Source: a virus. From it: a stretch of DNA of 64,000 bases. The stretch spans positions 1 to 64,000 of the IMG/VR virus record IMGVR_UViG_3300025874_000005, one strand, 5' to 3'. Below are positions 39,502-49,544 of this stretch, in pieces (position 1 is the stretch's first letter; each line of letters starts with the position of its first letter). A model generated the notes under the pieces. The model ran no database searches, was not told the origin of the DNA, and saw only the letters and a program-made list of their open reading frames with translations. The translations under genes were made by a program, and so were the position numbers.

Positions 39502-40806
39502 ATGAAGAATACATTTGTTATAAGCGCTCCAGTTGATACTTACTCAGGTTACGGAGCCCGAAGTAGAGATTTTGTGAAAGCATTAATTGAGTCAGATAAA
39601 TATGATATTAAAATTATCCCTCAAAGATGGGGAGATACTAGAAAAGGATTTTTAGATGATTTTCCAGAATGGAACTTTATGAGAGAATATCTCACCCCTC
39701 AACTAACGTCAAAACCCGATATTTGGTGTCAAGTAACAGTACCCAATGAATTCCAAGCTGTAGGCATATATAACATTGGTCTAACGGCAGGTATCGAAAC
39801 TACAGCATGTGCCCCTCAATGGATTGAAGGGTGTAATAGAATGGATATGATACTTACATCCTCAAACCATTCTAAACAAGTATTCGAAAATACTTCATTT
39901 GAGATACAAGATAAAAATACAGGTAAAAAAGGTGAATTAAAATGTACTACCCCAGTAAACGTATTGTTTGAGGGAGCTAATTTAGAAATTTATAAACCGG
40001 TTAAAGAATTCACAAATAAAAAGTTATATGATCATATTAAGGATATTCCTGAGAAATTTGCTTATTTATTTGTTGGTCATTGGTTACAAGGAAGTTTAGG
40101 GCATGATAGAAAAAATGTAGGTTTATTAATTAAAGCTTTTTATGAAGTATATAAAAATAAAAAAAATTCACCGGCATTAATTTTAAAAACCTCAATAGGG
40201 AAGGGATCACATATGGATAGGAGAGAAATACTTAAAAGAATGAAAAGTATTAGAGATACTCTCCCAAAAACAGACAGATTACCTTCAATTTATTTAATTC
40301 ATGGGGATCTATCAGATGCTGAAATTAATGAATTATACCACAACCCAAAAGTAAAAGCTATGATTAGTGCTACTAAAGGTGAGGGATTTGGAAGACCATT
40401 ATTAGAGTTTGCTTTAACAGGTAAACCCACAATAGCAACAGCTTGGTCAGGCCATATTGATTTTTTAAATCCTAAATTAGCACCTTTAATGGGGGGTAAA
40501 TTAAATAACTTAGATCAATCATCAATACAGAAAGATGTACTTATTGAAGGTTCACAATGGTTTGATGTAGACCATCAACATTTGGGTCACTTCTTAACAG
40601 ATGTTAAGAAAAATTATAAAACTTGGAATCAAAAATCAAAAACATTAGCTGGTAGATTAAAGAAAAACTTTAGTTATGAAGCTATGAAATCTTTATTAAT
40701 TGAGATTTTAGATGATAATGTTAGTGTTCCAACACAAATTCAATTAAACCTCCCAGAAGTTAAAAAATCTGGATTACCTAAATTAGAATTACCAATACTA
40801 AAATAA
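39502..40806 (+). CDS. glycosyltransferase (GT-B/GT4-like)
   Basis: SGYG, DRKN, GEGFGRPLLEF. Confidence 0.88.
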   Translation: MKNTFVISAPVDTYSGYGARSRDFVKALIESDKYDIKIIPQRWGDTRKGFLDDFPEWNFMREYLTPQLTSKPDIWCQVTVPNEFQAVGIYNIGLTAGIETTACAPQWIEGCNRMDMILTSSNHSKQVFENTSFEIQDKNTGKKGELKCTTPVNVLFEGANLEIYKPVKEFTNKKLYDHIKDIPEKFAYLFVGHWLQGSLGHDRKNVGLLIKAFYEVYKNKKNSPALILKTSIGKGSHMDRREILKRMKSIRDTLPKTDRLPSIYLIHGDLSDAEINELYHNPKVKAMISATKGEGFGRPLLEFALTGKPTIATAWSGHIDFLNPKLAPLMGGKLNNLDQSSIQKDVLIEGSQWFDVDHQHLGHFLTDVKKNYKTWNQKSKTLAGRLKKNFSYEAMKSLLIEILDDNVSVPTQIQLNLPEVKKSGLPKLELPILK

Positions 40807-40807
40807 A

Positions 40808-41269
40808 ATGGACGATTTAAAAACGTGTGATAGATGTGGCTCAGATGCTTGCTATGTACAAGAAGTAAATGAAAAAATAAAAAATTACCAATGCTATGGT
40901 TGTGGTTTTATTACTAATAGCTTATTAGTAAAAGATACTGAATTTTTTGAAGAACAAATGGAATTACTCCCAAATCTTTATAAAGAATTAATGGGTGAGG
41001 ATGATGATGGTAAAATTTGGATGCCTTCAACAGTTAATATGCCTACAAAAGGAATGATATTTGCTAATGGTAAAAGTATTGAAAATTGGAAGTGGGCTGC
41101 TGTATTAGCTATACCCGTAAAGGACGAAGAAAAAGAAAAATATCCAATACCAAATAAGGAAGGGGAATTTTATGAGTGGAGAATGGATATGAATAATGTA
41201 AAGGAATTCCCAGAAACAGATTATATAGAAGCTTTAGATTATATTGGAATTTTTAACCCTGAGAATTAA
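40808..41269 (+). CDS. Zn-ribbon hypothetical protein
   Basis: CDRC...CYGC. Confidence 0.65.
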   Translation: MDDLKTCDRCGSDACYVQEVNEKIKNYQCYGCGFITNSLLVKDTEFFEEQMELLPNLYKELMGEDDDGKIWMPSTVNMPTKGMIFANGKSIENWKWAAVLAIPVKDEEKEKYPIPNKEGEFYEWRMDMNNVKEFPETDYIEALDYIGIFNPEN

Positions 41270-42150
41270 TGAAAGTATTAGTAACAGGTGGTGCAGGTTT
41301 TATTGGTCACAATTTAGTATGGAGACTTTTAGATGAAGGGCATGAAGTTCAATCATTAGATAATTATTCTACAGGTACAGTTAAAAATGAAGTTGATGGT
41401 TGCAAATATTGGCATGGTGACATTTCAACAATAACTAATCTTAATAAAGATTTTGATTTAATATTCCACTTAGCTGCTCAATCTAGAGTACAACCTTCAT
41501 TTGATAATCCAACTAAAACGTTTAGGGTAAATGTAGAAGGAACTGAAACTGTGTGTAAATTTGCTCTTGATATAGGAGCAAAAGTAGTATATGCGGGTTC
41601 ATCTTCAAAACACCATAATCCAGCAACTTCACCCTATGCTATGTACAAATACTTAGGTGAGGGAGTATGTAATTTATATAAAGAATCATTTGGGGTAAAT
41701 ATTGAGGTTTGTAGATTTTACAATGTATATGGTCCCGGTGAAGCATTAGATGAAAAAAATGGCAATGTAATTGGTATTTGGAGATCTAGGATATCAAGGG
41801 AATCTCATATTGAGATTGTTGGGGATGGAGAACAAAAAAGAGATTTTACTCATGTGGATGATATTGTAGATGGATTATATAGAATTGGTTTATCTAATTT
41901 TTATACAGGTGAAGCTGATTTTCAAAGGCCATCATCAATTAAAGCTTGGGAATTAGGGACTGGAGTTAATTATTCTATTAAAGAATTAGCAGAAACTTTC
42001 CAAAATAAAACAGGCTGCGCCATTAAATTTACTACAGACCAACCAGGTAATTATAGAAAAACTTTATGTACTGATACTACAGCACAGGATATTTTAGGTT
42101 GGAAACCTAAAGACCAATTATTATATTATATTAATAATTTAAAATTCTAA
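41269..42150 (+). CDS. NAD-dependent sugar epimerase/dehydratase
   Basis: TGGAGFIG, YAMYK, YNVYG, RDFTHVDD. Confidence 0.92.
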   Translation: MKVLVTGGAGFIGHNLVWRLLDEGHEVQSLDNYSTGTVKNEVDGCKYWHGDISTITNLNKDFDLIFHLAAQSRVQPSFDNPTKTFRVNVEGTETVCKFALDIGAKVVYAGSSSKHHNPATSPYAMYKYLGEGVCNLYKESFGVNIEVCRFYNVYGPGEALDEKNGNVIGIWRSRISRESHIEIVGDGEQKRDFTHVDDIVDGLYRIGLSNFYTGEADFQRPSSIKAWELGTGVNYSIKELAETFQNKTGCAIKFTTDQPGNYRKTLCTDTTAQDILGWKPKDQLLYYINNLKF

Positions 42151-42774
42151 ATGAAAATAAGCTACGCTATAACAGTTTGTAATGAAGCTGTAGAAATACA
42201 AAGATTAATATCATTTCTCCTAGAAAATAAAAGAAGTGAAGATGAAGTAGTAGTACTATTTGATTCTAAAAACGGAACTAACACTGTTGAAGAATATTTA
42301 AGATCTCATTCTATTAATGGTGAATTTATTTGGCATAAAAAAGAATTTGAAGGACATTTTGCTGATTGGAAAAATTATTTAACTTCTTTATGTGATGGTG
42401 ATTTTATATTTCAAATTGATGCTGATGAAATACCCCATCAAACTTTAATTGAATACCTCCCAGAAATTATTGATAGTAATCCTAAAAATGAAGTAATCAG
42501 AGTACCAAGGGTAAATACAGTACATGGTTTAACTGAAGAATATGAAAGACAGTGGGGTTGGAGAGTAAATGCTTTAGGTTGGGTTAATTGGCCTGATTTT
42601 CAATGGAGAATTTATAAAAATCACCCTAAAATTAAATGGGTTAATAAAGTACATGAAGTATTAGAAGGTTATGATACATGGTCTAACCTAAATGAAGTTG
42701 AAGAATTTGCTTTATACCACCCAAAAGATATAGAAAGACAAGTAAAACAAAATAATTATTATAATACCCTCTAA
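42151..42774 (+). CDS. glycosyltransferase family 2-like
   Basis: NE, IDADE, KVHE. Confidence 0.85.
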   Translation: MKISYAITVCNEAVEIQRLISFLLENKRSEDEVVVLFDSKNGTNTVEEYLRSHSINGEFIWHKKEFEGHFADWKNYLTSLCDGDFIFQIDADEIPHQTLIEYLPEIIDSNPKNEVIRVPRVNTVHGLTEEYERQWGWRVNALGWVNWPDFQWRIYKNHPKIKWVNKVHEVLEGYDTWSNLNEVEEFALYHPKDIERQVKQNNYYNTL

Positions 42775-42775
42775 T

Positions 42776-43600
42776 ATGAAAATAGGAATAATAGGACAAG
42801 GTTTTGTTGGTAATGCAATTTATCAAAAGTTTAGTAAATATTATGATGTTAAAACATATGATATTAAAGGTATGATTCATTGTAATAGTAGTGAACAAGA
42901 AACATTAGATAACGAAATAGTATTTATATGTTTACCAACACCAATGAGTGCAGAAGGTAATTGCCATACAGATATCGTTGAAGCAGCTATTAAACGTGTA
43001 TTTGAATTTGGAGTTGCTAAAACAGTAGTTATTAAATCAACTGTACCCCCAGGTACGTGTGCAAAATGGAATAAGCAATTTAATTCACTTGATGTTGTAT
43101 TTAATCCTGAGTTTTTAACTGAAGCAAATGCTGTGCAGGATTTTGAAAACCAAACTAGAATTATATTAGGAGGACCAAGACCTGCTACTACTAAATTAAA
43201 ACAACTATATTCTAAAGTATTTCCTAAAGCAGCTATTGTTAAAACAGATTCATCATATGCTGAAATGGTCAAATATGTTACTAATAGTTTTCTAGCAACT
43301 AAAGTATCATTTGCAAATGAAATGTATCAAATATGCGGTGCTTTAGATATTGATTATGATAAAGTTGTAGAATATGCTACATATGATGAAAGATTAGGTA
43401 AATCACATTGGAATACACCAGGACCTGATGGAGACTTTGGATATGGTGGGCATTGTTTCCCAAAGGATGTTAAAGCATTAATTCATTTAGCAGAAGAATT
43501 GGAATTGCATCCAACTATGTTAAGAGCCACCGATAAGAAAAACAATGTGGTTCGAAAAAATAGGGATTGGGAAAAAATGAAAGGAAGAGCAATTATATAA
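42776..43600 (+). CDS. ugd: UDP-glucose/GDP-mannose dehydrogenase family (short form)
   Basis: GQGFVG, KSTVPPG, NPEFL, GYGGHCFPKD. Confidence 0.85.
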   Translation: MKIGIIGQGFVGNAIYQKFSKYYDVKTYDIKGMIHCNSSEQETLDNEIVFICLPTPMSAEGNCHTDIVEAAIKRVFEFGVAKTVVIKSTVPPGTCAKWNKQFNSLDVVFNPEFLTEANAVQDFENQTRIILGGPRPATTKLKQLYSKVFPKAAIVKTDSSYAEMVKYVTNSFLATKVSFANEMYQICGALDIDYDKVVEYATYDERLGKSHWNTPGPDGDFGYGGHCFPKDVKALIHLAEELELHPTMLRATDKKNNVVRKNRDWEKMKGRAII

Positions 43601-43611
43601 TTATTAAAAAA

Positions 43612-44640
43612 ATGGACAAACAAAAAACAGTATTAATTACAGGAGTAGCAGGACTACTAGGAAGTAGATTAGCAGATTGGATTATTGAAAACAAACCAGA
43701 ATATAAAGTAGTAGGTATTGATGATTTAAGTGGTGGTTTTGAAGAAAACATTAACCCAAAAGTAGATTTTTGGACAATGAACCTTACAGAACATCCAATT
43801 GAAAATTGTTTTGAAGTAAATAATTTTGATTATGTATTTCATTTTGCTGCTTATGCTGCTGAAGGATTATCTCCATTTATTCGTTGCTACAACTATGATA
43901 ATAACTTAAAATCTACAGCCCGCATAGTTAATGAGTGTATAAAACACGACGTTAAAAGACTGGTATTCACGTCAACTCTCGCAGTATATGGGCATGGTGA
44001 TGGTGGAATATTTGATGAATCCCAAAGACAATCTCCAATTGATCCTTATGGTGTAGCTAAATATGCTTGTGAAATGGATATTCAAATTGCTGGAGAACAG
44101 CATGGTTTAGATTGGTGTATTGTTAGACCCCACAATGTATATGGTATTAAACAAAATATTTGGGATAAGTATAGAAATGTATTAGGTATTTGGATGTATC
44201 AACATTTAAATGGTATGCCTATGACCATATTTGGTGATGGTGAACAAACACGAGCCTTTAGTTTTATAGACGATTCTCTTGAACCTTTATTTAATGCTGC
44301 TGTTAGACCCGAAGCTAGTAATGAAATTATTAATTTAGGGGGTATTGAAGAAATTTCAATAAATGATGCTAATAAGCTTTTATGTAAAGTAATAGGTGAA
44401 GATGCTGAAGTTCAACATTTAGAGGGTAGACATGAAGTAAAACACTCAATTCCAACTTACCAAAAATCAATAGATATATTAGGGTTTAAATACAAAACCT
44501 CAATGATTGATGGTTTAACCCAAATGTGGGAATGGGCTAAAGAACAACCTATGAGAAATAGATTTGTATGGCCAAGTTATGAATTAGAAAAAGGAATATA
44601 TAGTTTTTGGAAAAATGAAACTAAAAAATCTAATAAATAA
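43612..44640 (+). CDS. NAD-dependent sugar epimerase/dehydratase
   Basis: TGVAGLLG, YGVAK, HNVYG, RAFSFIDD. Confidence 0.9.
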   Translation: MDKQKTVLITGVAGLLGSRLADWIIENKPEYKVVGIDDLSGGFEENINPKVDFWTMNLTEHPIENCFEVNNFDYVFHFAAYAAEGLSPFIRCYNYDNNLKSTARIVNECIKHDVKRLVFTSTLAVYGHGDGGIFDESQRQSPIDPYGVAKYACEMDIQIAGEQHGLDWCIVRPHNVYGIKQNIWDKYRNVLGIWMYQHLNGMPMTIFGDGEQTRAFSFIDDSLEPLFNAAVRPEASNEIINLGGIEEISINDANKLLCKVIGEDAEVQHLEGRHEVKHSIPTYQKSIDILGFKYKTSMIDGLTQMWEWAKEQPMRNRFVWPSYELEKGIYSFWKNETKKSNK

Positions 44641-45406
44641 AAGCCATTATTGTACTATAGGCCATATAGGCAGTGAAAGCGATCTACAACTCCATGAAAG
44701 GTACATACTATACAATCTCCCAGTACTAAAAGAGTACAAGGGTCATATAGTAGTAACTAACTATTCAGGAAATTTCCGAAAAGAAAATAATACTTTGTGG
44801 AAAAAGTACTTCCCAGATTGTATAATTTTAGATTTGGGAATGAATAGGGGCCATTCATTTGGGATAGCAGACCAGGAAAATGCTATAATTGATTATTGTC
44901 ACGCTAAAGATATAAAATGGATATGTAAATCTTCTTATGATGTAGTATTCCAACCTACCATATTAGATATTGAAATTGATGATAGTGAATTTTATTATAT
45001 GAATGGTATTGGTTTTGGGGGAATGGAAAAATATAATTTTGATTTAGATAAAATAGCTAAAGAAGATTTTTATCCACAAACAAACTTTTATTTTATAGAT
45101 ACGACTAAAGTAGATTATCTCTACGATAAAGAATATGTTGATGATACTTACAATTTTATTCAAAATTTAGAAAATTATAGTGGTAGAGTCTGGGAATATA
45201 TTGAAGGATGGACTTGTGAAGATTTTCTAAAAGAATGTGTAATTAGAAATAATCTTTCAAAATATCATTTGGTTTCTAATAAAAGTTATCGTATATTATT
45301 GGAAACAATAAAAAAACAACAAATACACGATTGTAGTCACAAAAACATCATGATAGAAGGAATATGTCATTTCCAACATCTTAACCAAAATATTTTAATT
45401 ATATGA
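44615..45406 (+). CDS. hypothetical (possible GT-A-fold) protein
   Basis: NRGHSFG; context in the glycosylation island. Confidence 0.5.
   Translation: MKLKNLINKSHYCTIGHIGSESDLQLHERYILYNLPVLKEYKGHIVVTNYSGNFRKENNTLWKKYFPDCIILDLGMNRGHSFGIADQENAIIDYCHAKDIKWICKSSYDVVFQPTILDIEIDDSEFYYMNGIGFGGMEKYNFDLDKIAKEDFYPQTNFYFIDTTKVDYLYDKEYVDDTYNFIQNLENYSGRVWEYIEGWTCEDFLKECVIRNNLSKYHLVSNKSYRILLETIKKQQIHDCSHKNIMIEGICHFQHLNQNILII
45268..45299 (+). promoter_or_regulatory. intragenic sigma70-type promoter
   Basis: TTGG 45269-72, N19, TATATT 45292-97. Confidence 0.5.
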
Positions 45407-46002
45407 TAGTAAATTTAGAACAACTAGTAAATGATCTTTACAGAACCCCATCGGATATTAATGAACATATCCCTACAATAATCAAATTATCTCAAGAATG
45501 TGACCATATTACAGAAATGGGTGTAAGAGGAATTTTTTCAACTTGGGGGTGGTTAGCAGGTATGCCCAAAAAAGGTTTATATTGTTATGATCTTTTAAAT
45601 CCTGATAAATGGGGGGGAGATATTAATAATGTTTATGATACTGCTGAAGCATTAAATATTCCTTTTAAATTTACACAAGCTGATGTATTGGAAATTGATA
45701 TTGAAGAAACAGATTTATTATTTATTGATACCTGGCATCGTTATGAACAATTAACAGAAGAACTAAAAACACACTCAGATAAAGTAAAAAAATATATCTG
45801 TTTTCATGATACTACAACTTATGCTCATCGAGGAGAAGCAATGTCTTCTGAAGGTGGTGAAAATTGGCATGGTAAGCCTTTATCAAAAGATAAAGGTTTA
45901 TGGGATGCTGTTACTGAATTTTTAGATAATAATAAAGATAGTTGGGAATTAGTTAAAAGATATGAAAATAATAATGGGTTTACAATTATAAAACGTAAAT
46001 GA
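45403..46002 (+). CDS. class I SAM methyltransferase (Methyltransf_24-like)
   Basis: EMGVRG..ST, DLLFIDTWH, FHDT. Confidence 0.8.
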   Translation: MIVNLEQLVNDLYRTPSDINEHIPTIIKLSQECDHITEMGVRGIFSTWGWLAGMPKKGLYCYDLLNPDKWGGDINNVYDTAEALNIPFKFTQADVLEIDIEETDLLFIDTWHRYEQLTEELKTHSDKVKKYICFHDTTTYAHRGEAMSSEGGENWHGKPLSKDKGLWDAVTEFLDNNKDSWELVKRYENNNGFTIIKRK

Positions 46003-46697
46003 AAGTAATATATAGAATATCAGACGCAGGCTATAATAAAATAAAACCAGACTATATCAATAATGAAAAATGTTTGGCAAATGCTATAAAAGTATTTAAA
46101 GATGCTGAGTGGTCTGTAATTGCAGACAATATATCAGAAGAGACTAATAGTATGATTCAACAATATATACCCCGCAGTTATATTTACTATGTTAATGAAG
46201 GTAATGGTGCCCGTACATTTAATATAGCTTTAGATGAAGCTATAATGAGTGATGATGATGATGAAATTATTTATTTTTTAGAGAATGATTATTTACATAA
46301 ACTAGATTCACAAAAAATATTAGAAGAAGGATTTAAGTTAGGGGCATCATTTGTATCACTATATGACCACCCAGATAAATATTTACCGCCTAATAAAGGA
46401 GGAAATCCTTATTGTGAGGGTGGAGCTGAAGACACAAGAGTATATTTAACTGATAGTTGTCATTGGAAGATTACAAATAGTACAACAATGACATTTGCTG
46501 CTAAAGTATCTACTTTAAGGGTTAATGAAGATATTATACGCAAACATACTAATACTGCTCACCCTAATGACTTTGGTATGTTTTTAGAATTAAGAGAAAA
46601 AAATCAACTATTAATAACTTCAATCCCGGGTTATTCAACTCATGGTGAAACACAGTGGTTATCACCATTAAATGATTGGAAAAAAACATCAATTTAG
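45999..46697 (+). CDS. glycosyltransferase-like (GT-A)
   Basis: IYFLENDYLH, STH. Confidence 0.65.
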   Translation: MKVIYRISDAGYNKIKPDYINNEKCLANAIKVFKDAEWSVIADNISEETNSMIQQYIPRSYIYYVNEGNGARTFNIALDEAIMSDDDDEIIYFLENDYLHKLDSQKILEEGFKLGASFVSLYDHPDKYLPPNKGGNPYCEGGAEDTRVYLTDSCHWKITNSTTMTFAAKVSTLRVNEDIIRKHTNTAHPNDFGMFLELREKNQLLITSIPGYSTHGETQWLSPLNDWKKTSI

Positions 46698-46705
46698 AAT
46701 AAAAT

Positions 46706-47500
46706 ATGATCAGCATAATAATACCAACTTACAGGAATCCTGCTTACTTAGATCTATGTCTATTTTCAGCAATCGATCAACAAGGTTTTGATAATGAAAT
46801 AATTGTTGTTGTAGATGGTTTTATTGAAGAAAGTCAAGAAGTACTAGACAAATACAAAGATAATATTAAAGTATTGGATTTGGGTGAAAACCAAGGAATG
46901 CAACAGGCCCTTAATTTAGGGGTTATGAATGCTACCAATGAACTTATTTTAATAGTAAATGATGATAATGTTTTTTGTAAAGATTATGATTTAGCTGTAT
47001 TAACTATATCTGATAAAGAAAAAACAGTATTGACTTTAAACCAAATTGAACCTATAGGACCCGGTATATTTCATTTCCCAGTTAATAACTTTGGAAGAAA
47101 CCCCAGTGAATTTGAATATGATGAATTTATTAAGTATGAAAATGTAATTAAAAAAGATGAATTAACTCTTGATGGGGGTATTTTTCCATTCGCGATGCAT
47201 AAAAAATATTATATGGCAGCTGGAGGATTTGATACAATGTATCAATCCCCATTTATATGTGATTGGGATTTCTTTCTAAAATTAGATTTGATGGGTTTAG
47301 GATTTGTTAGAACTCATAATGCTCATTTATATCATTTTGGAAGTACAGCGACTAAAAATGGTAAAGAAAGTGAAAAATTTAGAGCAACAGAAAACCCAGC
47401 TGCTGAAATGTTTAAATATAAATGGGGAATGGTTCCTAACCTATATGAAAACAATTCTCACCGTCCTAAAGGTGTTCGTATTAAAGGAATTATATTTTAA
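46706..47500 (+). CDS. glycosyltransferase family 2
   Basis: ISIIIPTY, VVDG, VNDD, GGFD, DWDF. Confidence 0.9.
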   Translation: MISIIIPTYRNPAYLDLCLFSAIDQQGFDNEIIVVVDGFIEESQEVLDKYKDNIKVLDLGENQGMQQALNLGVMNATNELILIVNDDNVFCKDYDLAVLTISDKEKTVLTLNQIEPIGPGIFHFPVNNFGRNPSEFEYDEFIKYENVIKKDELTLDGGIFPFAMHKKYYMAAGGFDTMYQSPFICDWDFFLKLDLMGLGFVRTHNAHLYHFGSTATKNGKESEKFRATENPAAEMFKYKWGMVPNLYENNSHRPKGVRIKGIIF

Positions 47501-47509
47501 ATATTTATA
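47501..47509 (+). promoter_or_regulatory. putative late promoter motif ATATTTATA
   Basis: Directly after the island. Confidence 0.45.
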
Positions 47510-47526
47510 ATCGAACCTATAAAACC

Positions 47527-47871
47527 ATGCTAAAGATGAAAGAAAAAGATAAAATGGATAAAGTAGTTAAAAGAGAGGTTGTAAATATAGAATTAGATTG
47601 GGATAATGAACAGGATTTAATTGAGTTGGGGGATAACGAAGTATTTGTTGATTTTATACTAGAAGAAAGTTTAAAAGCAATAGTTGATGCTTTAAAAAAT
47701 AATAAAGAGAAGGCAGAATTATTTAATGTGTTTAATATGTCTGTTATTATAGAATTAAAAAAACCCCAATTTAAAACAGTTTTGGAAAAAGTCAACCGTA
47801 TGCTTATTAAAAATGAAGAATACGAAAGATGTAATGAGTTGAAAAAATTAATAAAAAAACATAACTTATGA
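47527..47871 (+). CDS. hypothetical protein (UVR-like C-terminus)
   Basis: EEYERCNELK. Confidence 0.6.
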   Translation: MLKMKEKDKMDKVVKREVVNIELDWDNEQDLIELGDNEVFVDFILEESLKAIVDALKNNKEKAELFNVFNMSVIIELKKPQFKTVLEKVNRMLIKNEEYERCNELKKLIKKHNL

Positions 47872-48026
47872 AAAAATACAAATATTACTCTTTAAACGAT
47901 AAAACTAAAGAAAAAATAGGAAGTTGTTGGGCTGAAGATATAAATGAAGCATTTTTAATAGCTAGTAGAATGAAAAAATTACCTTTAGACCAATTCAAAA
48001 AATTATTCACAGTCGAATTAATATAA
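47868..48026 (+). CDS. 52-aa hypothetical (not in track)
   Basis: MKKYKYYSLNDK...TVELI*; ATGA overlap. Confidence 0.55.
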   Translation: MKKYKYYSLNDKTKEKIGSCWAEDINEAFLIASRMKKLPLDQFKKLFTVELI

Positions 48027-48027
48027 T

Positions 48028-48417
48028 ATGAATACAGGGAATGATGGATTAAAAAAACTATTTAAAATAGTTCTGGGTACAGAAGTTAATATTAAAGATA
48101 ATATTGATGTAACTGAAGAATTAGTATTTATAGGATTAATTACAAGGTTAGAAGAATCCGAAAAAATGGAACATACCGTGTTTCAAACTAGCGGTATAGA
48201 TTTAAGTAAAGTAACAGATGGGTTATGGTTTGTTATAGAAAATCAAATGAGAATGTTATATGGTCCTGAAGCATCAGAATTGATTCAATGGTACATATAT
48301 GACAGATTTAACCCTGATGGTAGTATAGTACCTTTAGAAGGTCCCCATGAAAAATTATTTATACTTAAGGAGCCAAAAGATTTATGGTCTTACATAAGAT
48401 ACAAATCCATAAAATAA
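48028..48417 (+). CDS. hypothetical protein
   Basis: Tightly packed ORF. Confidence 0.7.
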   Translation: MNTGNDGLKKLFKIVLGTEVNIKDNIDVTEELVFIGLITRLEESEKMEHTVFQTSGIDLSKVTDGLWFVIENQMRMLYGPEASELIQWYIYDRFNPDGSIVPLEGPHEKLFILKEPKDLWSYIRYKSIK

Positions 48418-48449
48418 TTTGGATATCTAACATCCTTTTCGTATATTTA
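48418..48449 (+). promoter_or_regulatory. sigma70-type promoter
   Basis: TTGG 48419-22, N19, TATATT 48442-47. Confidence 0.7.
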
Positions 48450-48494
48450 CACGTAAATAGTTTATAATTATAGTGTAAATTAAATATAACTTTA

Positions 48495-48746
48495 ATGAAA
48501 TTAAAAATGATATCATGCATCGCATGTAAAGAACCTATGCCTGAATTAAGGTTAACTAAATATGGGTATAAATCATGCGTAGAATGCTCGACTGTAGGCG
48601 CATATAAGGCAGTAAGCATGCAACACGGCAAAGGTGACCACACATGGAATGATATCCAAATTATGACACCTGAACAAATGGAAAGGTATAGTAAAGTTGA
48701 AAAACAAAAAGCAAAATTAGATTCATATAATAATTTAGATGCCTAA
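48495..48746 (+). CDS. C4 zinc-finger protein (DksA/TraR-like finger)
   Basis: CIAC.EPMPELRL...SCVEC. Confidence 0.55.
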   Translation: MKLKMISCIACKEPMPELRLTKYGYKSCVECSTVGAYKAVSMQHGKGDHTWNDIQIMTPEQMERYSKVEKQKAKLDSYNNLDA

Positions 48747-49365
48747 AGCAAGACCACTTACTAAAGAACTTATTCTAGCTGCAATGGCTAAGACAAAATC
48801 AAACATGGCAGCTGCTAGATATTTGAATTGTTCTTACCAGCATTATAAAAAATGGGCTAAGTTCTATGAAAGTGAAACTCATGATAGTTTATTTGAACAA
48901 CATAAAAACCAATCAGGTAAAGGCATACCTAAATTTTTAAGAATTGGTGGGAAAGAACCGGCATTGTTAGATATCATTGAAGGGAGAGCAAACGCATCAT
49001 CTTTCACTCCAGCTAAGATTAAATATAGACTTATTACTGAGGGGTATTTGGAAGAAAAATGTGCTAATTGTGGTTTTGAAGAACGTAGGGTATTAGATTA
49101 TAAAATGCCTTTATTATTACATTTTAAAGATAATAATAAAAAAAATTATAAGTTAGATAATATAGAATTGTTATGTTACAATCATTACTTTTTAACAGTG
49201 GGTGATATTTTTAGTGATAAACAGGTAGAAGGTATTGAAGATCATAAACCAGTAAATCAAGGGAAGGTGGAATGGGAAGTTGATGATTATCATCTTCAAC
49301 GTTTAAAAGAATTAGGGTTAGACCCAAATGATGAGGATGAATATGATATAATTTCAAGAATATAA
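48739..49365 (+). CDS. HTH + HNH-like endonuclease domain protein
   Basis: AAARYL helix; CANC, LHFKD.N..N..L.N..LLC.NH. Confidence 0.7.
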   Translation: MPKARPLTKELILAAMAKTKSNMAAARYLNCSYQHYKKWAKFYESETHDSLFEQHKNQSGKGIPKFLRIGGKEPALLDIIEGRANASSFTPAKIKYRLITEGYLEEKCANCGFEERRVLDYKMPLLLHFKDNNKKNYKLDNIELLCYNHYFLTVGDIFSDKQVEGIEDHKPVNQGKVEWEVDDYHLQRLKELGLDPNDEDEYDIISRI

Positions 49366-49541
49366 TGGCTAAAAAAACAAGAAATATTAAAAGGTCAAAA
49401 CATGACAAACTTGTTAATGACTATGATAAACAAAAAGAAAAACATCTAGAACGTTTAGCAAATAAAATGTTAAAAGATGAAGATAAAAAGGAGAGATTAA
49501 GAAGTAAAACAATTAAAGGAGATTTTTTAAACAAATTTTAA
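49365..49541 (+). CDS. 58-aa basic hypothetical (not in track)
   Basis: MAKKTRNIKRSKH...FLNKF*; TAATG coupling. Confidence 0.6.
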   Translation: MAKKTRNIKRSKHDKLVNDYDKQKEKHLERLANKMLKDEDKKERLRSKTIKGDFLNKF

Positions 49542-49544
49542 GTT

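Noticed and set aside
48739-49365. HNH protein as a mobile homing element
   Set aside because: The HNH motif looks degenerate, the gene is coupled on both sides, and no interrupted target gene is seen
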